Source: an uncultured Clostridia bacterium
GTDB lineage: Bacteria; Bacillota; Clostridia; Oscillospirales; Oscillospiraceae
DNA length: 40,484 nucleotides
Assembly (NCBI GenBank): GCA_945946745.1
Contig: CAMEWZ010000001.1
Location: 1-40,484 of the forward strand
Reading direction: 5' to 3'
The translations under genes and the position numbers were made by a program. Of the stretch, positions 34,396-40,484 are shown in pieces; the first letter of the stretch is position 1; each line of letters starts with the position of its first letter. Below the pieces are notes generated by a model. That model was given only the letters and a program-made list of their open reading frames with translations. It had not been told where the DNA came from and searched no databases.

Positions 34396-35172
34396 ATGGA
34401 GCGGGAAAAGATCTACCTTTCCACCATCGACCCCCAGGCCCAGATCCTTGCCCGGGCCCATGGCCTGGGCCTGGAAATCGCGGAATTCTGCACTGCCTGG
34501 AATCTGGAGGAGCACTGGCAGGAGACGGAGGCCTCTGTGCGGCAGAAGCTGGCGGGGATTCCCCGCCGGGTGCTCCACGGCCCCTATAACGAGCTGTTCC
34601 CCTGCGCCATCGACCCCCGGGCCAGGGAACTGGCCCGGCTGCGCTACCGGCAGGCCCTGGCGGCGGCGGTACATTTTGGGGCGGACAAGGTGGTGCTCCA
34701 TGGAGGGTATAACCCTTGGCTGTACTATCCGGTCTGGTACCGGGAGCAGTCGGCGCAATTCTGGCGGGAGTTCGCCTGGGAGATTCCGGAGGGAATTACC
34801 CTGTGCCTGGAAAATGTGCTGGAGCCGGAGCCGGAGCTGCTGCTGGACATTGTCCGGGCGGCGGACAGTCCGCGTTTGGGGCTGTGCCTGGATGTGGGCC
34901 ATGTGAACGCCTATTCCCCGATTCCGGTGCTGGACTGGGTGGCGCGCTGCGGGGAATCTATCCGGCATTTTCATATTCACAATAACGCGGGCGACGCCGA
35001 TACCCACAGCGCTCTGACAGAGGGAACCCTCCCCATGGAGCCGCTGCTGCGCGCCGCCGCAGAGAAATGCCCCGAGGCTACCGTTACGCTGGAGCTGCCC
35101 CAGGGGGAAGGGTCGGTTCGCTGGCTGGAAGATCACATTCTCACGGAGGAATGTATATGGAAAGGGAACTGA
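34396..35172 (+). CDS. AP-endonuclease-2/xylose-isomerase-like TIM-barrel metallohydrolase; candidate CbiR-like cobamide phosphodiesterase
   Basis: LHGP, VLHGG, LENV, LDVGH, FHIH, DTH, TLE metal ligands (fold well supported); function inferred from context only. Confidence 0.75.
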   Translation: MEREKIYLSTIDPQAQILARAHGLGLEIAEFCTAWNLEEHWQETEASVRQKLAGIPRRVLHGPYNELFPCAIDPRARELARLRYRQALAAAVHFGADKVVLHGGYNPWLYYPVWYREQSAQFWREFAWEIPEGITLCLENVLEPEPELLLDIVRAADSPRLGLCLDVGHVNAYSPIPVLDWVARCGESIRHFHIHNNAGDADTHSALTEGTLPMEPLLRAAAEKCPEATVTLELPQGEGSVRWLEDHILTEECIWKGN

Positions 35173-36251
35173 ACGCATTGTTGAATGCCATCGCACCTTT
35201 GGAGGAAGGAGCCATGGACGCGGCTCGCCGCCGCCAGGCCCAGCTTGCCAAGCCCCCCGGAAGTCTGGGACGGCTGGAAGAACTGTCCATCCAGCTGGCG
35301 GGTATCACCGGAAAGGTATGCAGCCGGGTGGACAAAAAGTATCTGCTGGTCTTCGCCGCGGACAACGGTGTGGTGGCGGAGGGGGTATCCAGCTCTCCCC
35401 AGTCCGTGACGTTGATGCAGACCATCAATCTGACCCACGCCAAAACCGGAGCCTCCGTGCTGGCTAAGCATTTCGGCTGTGGCATTACCGTTTGTGACGT
35501 GGGGGTCAACGCGGACATTCGGGAGCCAAGGGTGCTGAACCGGAAGATCGCCTACGGTACCCGGAACATGGCGGTTGGCCCCGCCATGACCCGGGAGCAG
35601 GCACTGCGGGCCATCCTTACCGGCGCGGAGGTAGCCAAAGCCACCGACGCCCAGGTGCTGGGCATCGGGGAAATGGGCATCGGCAACACCACCACTTCCT
35701 CCGCCATTGAGGCGGTGCTGCTGGATGTGGATGTGGAGGCAGTGACTGGTCGGGGCGGCGGCATTACCGACGAAAGCTTCCGGAGGAAAAAGCAGGTCAT
35801 TCGCCAGGCCATCGTGGTGAACCAGCCCAACCGGGCAGACGTGGTGGATGTGCTGGCCAAGGTGGGCGGCTTTGACGTGGCGGCCATGTGCGGCGGATTC
35901 CTGGGAGCGGCGGCAACCCGCCGTCCGGTGGTGATCGACGGCTTTATTTCCGCCATCGCGGCGCTGTGCGCGGTTCGGCTGTGCCCCAATGTCCGGGGCT
36001 ATCTGGTGCCAAGCCATGCCTCCTTTGAGATCGGCTATCAGCTGGCTATGGATGCCATGGACTTGAAACCCATGCTGCTGCTGGGCATGCGCTTGGGAGA
36101 GGGCAGCGGCTGCCCCATTGCCTTCCAGGTGCTGGAAGCCGCCTGCGCCATCATGAACGACATGGCGACCTTTGACCAGGCAGGCATTGACGACGGTTAT
36201 CTGGACGAGATTCGACAGGGAGACAAATTCACCGTGGAGGCAGCGAAATGA
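35157..36251 (+). CDS. cobT: Nicotinate-nucleotide-dimethylbenzimidazole phosphoribosyltransferase
   Basis: KPPGSLGRLE, FAADNGV, GEMGIGNTT, DGFIS, MRLGEGSG; ATG 35157 after GGAGGA. Confidence 0.95.
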   Translation: MERELNALLNAIAPLEEGAMDAARRRQAQLAKPPGSLGRLEELSIQLAGITGKVCSRVDKKYLLVFAADNGVVAEGVSSSPQSVTLMQTINLTHAKTGASVLAKHFGCGITVCDVGVNADIREPRVLNRKIAYGTRNMAVGPAMTREQALRAILTGAEVAKATDAQVLGIGEMGIGNTTTSSAIEAVLLDVDVEAVTGRGGGITDESFRRKKQVIRQAIVVNQPNRADVVDVLAKVGGFDVAAMCGGFLGAAATRRPVVIDGFISAIAALCAVRLCPNVRGYLVPSHASFEIGYQLAMDAMDLKPMLLLGMRLGEGSGCPIAFQVLEAACAIMNDMATFDQAGIDDGYLDEIRQGDKFTVEAAK

Positions 36252-36793
36252 CCTACTTGATTTCCGGCGGGGCGAAAAATGGGAAATCCAGCCTGGCGCA
36301 GAACCTGGCTGTGTCCCTGGCGGCGGGGGGAACCCATTACTACGTCGCCACCATGATTCCGGTGGACGAGGAAGACCGGGCGCGCATCCGGCGGCACATT
36401 GCCGACCGGGCGGGGCTGGGCTTTGAAACCCTGGAATGCGGCAAGCATCTGATGTCCTGCCTGGAAACCGTGGACACCAGCGCCACCTTCCTGCTGGACA
36501 GCGTGACGGCGCTGCTGATGAACGAGCTGTTCCCCCCGGAGCAGAACTACCGGTTGGATTTGGCGGCCGGAATGCGGTGCGCCGGGGAACTGGAGACCTT
36601 CGCCAAAACGGTGAAGAACGCGGTGTTTGTCAGCGATTTCATTTATTCCGATGCCCATCGATATGACCCGTCCACGGAACGCTACCGGCGGATGCTGGCG
36701 GAAATCGACCGCCGCCTGGCCCGTGTGTGCGACACGGTGGTGGAGGTCTCGGCAGGGCAGTACATCCTGCACAAAGGGGAGTTGGCCCTATGA
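36248..36793 (+). CDS. cobU: Adenosylcobinamide kinase / cobinamide-phosphate guanylyltransferase
   Basis: GGAKNGKS, YVATM, RIRRHIADR (GMP-His), LLDSVT. Confidence 0.85.
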   Translation: MTYLISGGAKNGKSSLAQNLAVSLAAGGTHYYVATMIPVDEEDRARIRRHIADRAGLGFETLECGKHLMSCLETVDTSATFLLDSVTALLMNELFPPEQNYRLDLAAGMRCAGELETFAKTVKNAVFVSDFIYSDAHRYDPSTERYRRMLAEIDRRLARVCDTVVEVSAGQYILHKGELAL

Positions 36794-37533
36794 AACAGTA
36801 TTTCCACGCCTTCGGCATGTGCCAGAGCATGTTCTGCGCCATCCCCAGTCCCTGGCAGGGCTGGGACGAGGAGGCCCGGGACAAAATGCTCCTGTTCCTG
36901 CCTCTGGTGGGGTTGGAGCTGGGGTTTTTCTGGGCGATGCTATCCTGGGCGGTTCGCTTGCTGGAGCTGCCCCGGCTGATGGGAGCCATGGCGCTGTGCG
37001 CCTATCCCTATCTCAGCACCGGATTTTTGCATCTGGACGGCTTCATGGACGTGACCGACGCGGTGAAATCCTGCCGGGATTTGCAGCGGCGGCGGGAGAT
37101 TCTGAAGGATTCCCATGTAGGCTCCTTCGCTGTGATCGGCTGTGTGCTGCTGATTCTGGCCCAGCTTACGGTGGCGGCCTCTCTGCCCCAGCGGGGAAGC
37201 GGCGCGCTGCTGGTGCTGCTGCCTGTGGTGAGCCGCTGCTGTTCCGCCCTGGCGGTGACGGCGCTGCCCGCCATGTCCACCAGCCAGTACGCGGCCCAGG
37301 CCAAGCCCAAAAGCCGTTTGCTCTGGTTGGCGGGGCTGCTTTTGGCGGCGCTGGCGGCGGGATTCCTAACGGGACTGCGGACGGGACTGGCCCTCATTGG
37401 GTGCGTGACCGGCTACGGCCTGGCCCTGCGCCGGGGCTACCGGTCATTGGATGGCATGAATGGAGACATCGCGGGCTATGCGCTGACCCTGGGGGAGTTG
37501 TGTGGCCTAACGGTGTACGCGGTGATGGGATAA
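36790..37533 (+). CDS. cobS: Adenosylcobinamide-GDP ribazoletransferase
   Basis: PLVG, TGFLHLDGFMDVTDA, ILKDSHVGSF, GMNGDIAG; ATG 36790. Confidence 0.93.
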   Translation: MKQYFHAFGMCQSMFCAIPSPWQGWDEEARDKMLLFLPLVGLELGFFWAMLSWAVRLLELPRLMGAMALCAYPYLSTGFLHLDGFMDVTDAVKSCRDLQRRREILKDSHVGSFAVIGCVLLILAQLTVAASLPQRGSGALLVLLPVVSRCCSALAVTALPAMSTSQYAAQAKPKSRLLWLAGLLLAALAAGFLTGLRTGLALIGCVTGYGLALRRGYRSLDGMNGDIAGYALTLGELCGLTVYAVMG

Positions 37534-37543
37534 GGAGAGAACT

Positions 37544-37918
37544 ATGGTTTTGATCATCGGCGGGGCGTACCAGGGAAAGCTGGATTACGCGATAGCCGCG
37601 TTTGCTTTGGGGGAAGGGGATATTTTCACCTGCCAGGGAACCGAAATGGATTTTTCCAAGGCGTGCGTCAATGCCCTGGAGGAATTCACCTGGGCCTGTG
37701 CCCAGGACGGAACTGACCCGGTGGCATTTTTCAAGGCCAACCGGGAGAAATGGAAAAACAGCATCCTCATCTGCCAGGATCTATTCTGCGGCGTGGTGCC
37801 CATGGAGCCTCGGGAGCGGCAGTGGCGGCAGGACACCGGGCGGCTGTGCCAGTATCTGGCCTGGGAGGCGGAGCGGGTCAGCCGGATTTTCTGCGGATTG
37901 GAGCAGCGGCTAAAATGA
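37544..37918 (+). CDS. Short CobU-like protein
   Basis: IIGGAYQGK, CGVVP, RQWRQDTGR, VSRIFCG; lacks the His segment. Confidence 0.8.
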   Translation: MVLIIGGAYQGKLDYAIAAFALGEGDIFTCQGTEMDFSKACVNALEEFTWACAQDGTDPVAFFKANREKWKNSILICQDLFCGVVPMEPRERQWRQDTGRLCQYLAWEAERVSRIFCGLEQRLK

Positions 37919-38481
37919 CCATTTATCTGATCCGCCACGGCAAGACCCGGGCCAATGAAGCCCACCTCTACTGCGGCAGCACAGACCTTCCCCTGTCCGA
38001 TGGTGGCAGGGAGGAACTGAAAAAGCTTCGTTACCGCCTCCTGGGAAAGCCCCGGTTCGTCACCAGCGGGATGCGGCGGACGGAGGAAACGCTGGAAATC
38101 CTGTTCGGCCCGGTGGCCCATACCGTTGAGCCGGACTTCCGGGAAGTGGATTTCGGCCTGTTTGAGCTGGGCAGCTATGAACTTCTTAAGGACACCCCCG
38201 AATACCAGGCCTGGCTGACGGGGGATAACGAAACCAACGTTCCCCCCGGCGGGGAGAGCGGGGAACAGATGACCCGCCGGGTGCTGGCGGCCTATGCCGG
38301 TCTCCGGGAGGACACGGTGGTTGTGACCCATGGCGGCGTCATCGCGGCGGTGATGGCGGCGCTGTTTCCGGAGGAAGGCAAAAACCGCTATCTCTGGCAG
38401 CCAAAGCCCGGCTATGGCTATGCCATCCGGGAGGGCCGATATTGGCCGATCCCCGAGGAACCGGGAGCGCCCGAACCATGA
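37915..38481 (+). CDS. cobC: Histidine phosphatase, alpha-ribazole phosphatase-like
   Basis: LIRHGKT, DFREVDFG, PGGES, VTHGG; within the cob operon. Confidence 0.8.
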   Translation: MTIYLIRHGKTRANEAHLYCGSTDLPLSDGGREELKKLRYRLLGKPRFVTSGMRRTEETLEILFGPVAHTVEPDFREVDFGLFELGSYELLKDTPEYQAWLTGDNETNVPPGGESGEQMTRRVLAAYAGLREDTVVVTHGGVIAAVMAALFPEEGKNRYLWQPKPGYGYAIREGRYWPIPEEPGAPEP

Positions 38482-38497
38482 GGCGCTCCCGGTTTTT
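38459..38497 (+). terminator. cob operon terminator overlapping the cobC stop
   Basis: AACCGGGAGCGCC/GGCGCTCCCGGTT followed by a T-run. Confidence 0.8.
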
Positions 38498-38568
38498 GCG
38501 TCCATTCCCTTGACAGCCTCTGCCCAAATGCGCTATAATATAAAAAATAATGGGAGGAATCGGGAAAA

Positions 38569-39939
38569 ATGACGCAGGAAAATGGCAAAACCTATCTTTT
38601 TGAATCCATGCCCATCCCCAGGGCCGTGGCGCAGCTGTCTATCCCCATGGTGGTCACATCTTTGGTGATGGTGATTTACAATCTGGCGGACACCTTTTTC
38701 GTGGGCATGCTCAACGACCCGGTGCAGAACGCGGCGGTGACCCTGGTGTATCCGGTGATGCTGGCCTTTAACGCGGTGAACAACCTGTTCGGTGTGGGCA
38801 CTTCCAGCATGATGAGCCGGAGCCTGGGCCGGGGGGACTACGACATGGTTCGCACCAGCTCCGCTTTCGGCTTTTACGGGGCGGTGTTCAGCGGATTGCT
38901 GTTCGCGGTGCTGTGTACGCTGTTCCGTTCGCCGCTGATGGTGATCCTGGGCACCGATGATACGACCTGGGAGGCGACCTCCCGCTATATGTTCTGGACG
39001 GTGACCTGCGGGGCTATGCCCGCCATTTTGAACGTGGTGCAGGGCCAGATGGTGCGCAGCGAGGGCGCATCCGTCCATGCCAGCATCGGCACCATGAGCG
39101 GCTGCCTGCTGAACATCCTTCTCGATCCCATCTTCATCCTGCCCTGGGGTCTAAACATGGGGGCTGCCGGCGCGGGCCTGGCTACCTTCATCAGCAACTG
39201 CGTGGCTTGCGGCTATTTCTTTGCGCTGTCCTGCGTGAAGCGGGGCAAGACCTTTGTCTGCCTGGACATTCGGCGCCTGGGCAAGCTGAACAAGGATGTG
39301 GTGCTGGGTATTCTGGGCGTGGGCATCCCTGCCTCCATCCAGAACCTGCTGAACGTTCTTGGCTCTACTATTTTGAACAATTTCACCGCAGTCTATGGCG
39401 CGGTGGCGGTGGCCTCCATGGGTGTGGCCCAGAAGATCAACATGCTGCCCATGCAGATTGCCTTGGGCTTCTCTCAGGGGATTATGCCCCTGGTCAGCTA
39501 TAACTACGCCAGCGGCAATCATAAGCGGATGAAAAACAGCATCCTGTTCTCCATGGGCATTATCCTGCCCACCATGCTGGCAGTCACGGTGCTTTACTGG
39601 ATCAGCGCCCCGACCTTGATTCGGCTGTTTATGGACAATCCGGAGATCATCTCTTATGGTTCCGCGTTCCTCCGGGGGATGTGCCTGGCCATGGTGTTTA
39701 TGTGCACCGATTTTCTGGCGGTGGGCGTGTTCGCCTCCTTGGGTATGGGAAAATTCTCCCTGCTGTTTGCCATTTTGCGCAAGGTGGTGCTGGAGATCCC
39801 CCTGCTGTTCTTGATGAACAAGCTGTTCCCTCTGTACGGCCTGCCTTACGCCCAGGTCATCGCGGAGTTCCTGCTGGCCATCGCTGCGGTGGCCATGCTC
39901 CTGCGGATCTTCCGGAAAGGGGCTTCTGCTCAAGCATGA
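38569..39939 (+). CDS. MATE efflux transporter (MepA-like)
   Basis: YNLADTFFVG, RSEG, NILLDPIFI, GAGLAT, YNYASGN; own promoter TTGACA-18-TATAAT at 38510-38539. Confidence 0.92.
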   Translation: MTQENGKTYLFESMPIPRAVAQLSIPMVVTSLVMVIYNLADTFFVGMLNDPVQNAAVTLVYPVMLAFNAVNNLFGVGTSSMMSRSLGRGDYDMVRTSSAFGFYGAVFSGLLFAVLCTLFRSPLMVILGTDDTTWEATSRYMFWTVTCGAMPAILNVVQGQMVRSEGASVHASIGTMSGCLLNILLDPIFILPWGLNMGAAGAGLATFISNCVACGYFFALSCVKRGKTFVCLDIRRLGKLNKDVVLGILGVGIPASIQNLLNVLGSTILNNFTAVYGAVAVASMGVAQKINMLPMQIALGFSQGIMPLVSYNYASGNHKRMKNSILFSMGIILPTMLAVTVLYWISAPTLIRLFMDNPEIISYGSAFLRGMCLAMVFMCTDFLAVGVFASLGMGKFSLLFAILRKVVLEIPLLFLMNKLFPLYGLPYAQVIAEFLLAIAAVAMLLRIFRKGASAQA

Positions 39940-39940
39940 G

Positions 39941-40026
39941 AAAATCCCGGTGCTGCGCTCAGCACCGGGGTTTTTCCTTATTGACTATCAGTATAAAAAC
40001 CGGGCAAGGGAAGTCCCTTGCCCGGT
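39941..40026. terminator. Two back-to-back terminators for the convergent MATE and mutase genes
   Basis: CCCGGTGCTG/CAGCACCGGG plus T-run (+); ACCGGGCAAGGGA/TCCCTTGCCCGGT with T-run on the minus strand. Confidence 0.75.
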
Positions 40027-40044
40027 CGTGATTATGGAAAAATG

Positions 40045-40482
40045 TTATGCCAGGATGGGCTTCAGCGCCTCGGCAAGCTTGGCCTTCTGGGCCTCGGCTT
40101 CCGCCAGATCCTTGCCCAGGGTGGTGAAGTAGGTCTTGATCTTGGGCTCGGTGCCGGAGGGGCGAACCACCACGGTGGCGCCGCCTTCCAGTGCGTAGAT
40201 CAGCACGTTGGCAGCGGGCAGGCCGGTCTCCTCGGGCTTCTTGTAGTCGGTGACCTTGGTGACCTGGTAGCCGCCGATCTCGGTGGGAGGATTGGAGCGC
40301 AGGGACTCCATAATGGCGTTCATCTTGTCCATACCGCTGAGGCCCGGGAACTCGAAGGAGTCCACTTTATTGAGGTAACGTCCATACTTGGCGTAGATGG
40401 CTTCCAGGCGCTCCTTGATGGAGGAGCCAATGGAGCGGTAGTAGGCGGCCATTTCGCAGATCAGCATGGAGCCGATGATGGC
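40045..40482 (-). CDS. Phosphoglucomutase/phosphomannomutase, C-terminal part (runs off the window)
   Basis: VVRPSGTEPKIKTYF phosphate-binding loop. Confidence 0.9.
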   Translation of the reverse strand, partial: AIIGSMLICEMAAYYRSIGSSIKERLEAIYAKYGRYLNKVDSFEFPGLSGMDKMNAIMESLRSNPPTEIGGYQVTKVTDYKKPEETGLPAANVLIYALEGGATVVVRPSGTEPKIKTYFTTLGKDLAEAEAQKAKLAEALKPILA

Positions 40483-40484
40483 GT

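Noticed and set aside
30888-35196. Long minus-strand ORFs (374 aa and 536 aa)
   Set aside because: Antisense to well-supported ECF and cob operon genes
1-40484. Prophage, IS, CRISPR, toxin-antitoxin or defence systems, tRNA and rRNA
   Set aside because: No such motifs or repeat-spacer arrays were recognised, and nearly all coding space is explained by the listed genes

Overview
GC-rich chromosomal window from an anaerobic Bacillota, probably Oscillospiraceae-like (inferred from gene style; not checked). I see no phage, IS, CRISPR, rRNA or tRNA. In order it contains: a tetrapyrrole operon (hemA fused to a SirC-type dehydrogenase, hemC, cobA-hemD, hemB, hemL); a DtxR/MntR regulator; trxA; a Cys-rich small protein plus an ATC-hydrolase-like gene; azlCD; a yybP-ykoY (Mn) riboswitch ahead of mntP-vanZ-lipoprotein; an MBOAT/DHHW O-acylation pair; a Na/Pi symporter; a two-component system with a 973-aa kinase; a GlpA-like oxidoreductase triad; DUF4830; an RsuA-family synthase; a CdaR-family regulator; ftsEX with two M23 peptidases and an S41 protease; a REP doublet; a cobalamin-riboswitch operon (ECF importer, endonuclease-IV-fold metallohydrolase, cobT, cobU, cobS, short cobU', cobC); a MATE pump; and a truncated phosphosugar mutase. 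The best candidate for an under-described system is the B12 operon. It reads as a self-contained import-cleave-rebuild cobamide-remodelling module built around a possible CbiR-like phosphodiesterase. All calls come from reading motifs by eye; no searches were run.
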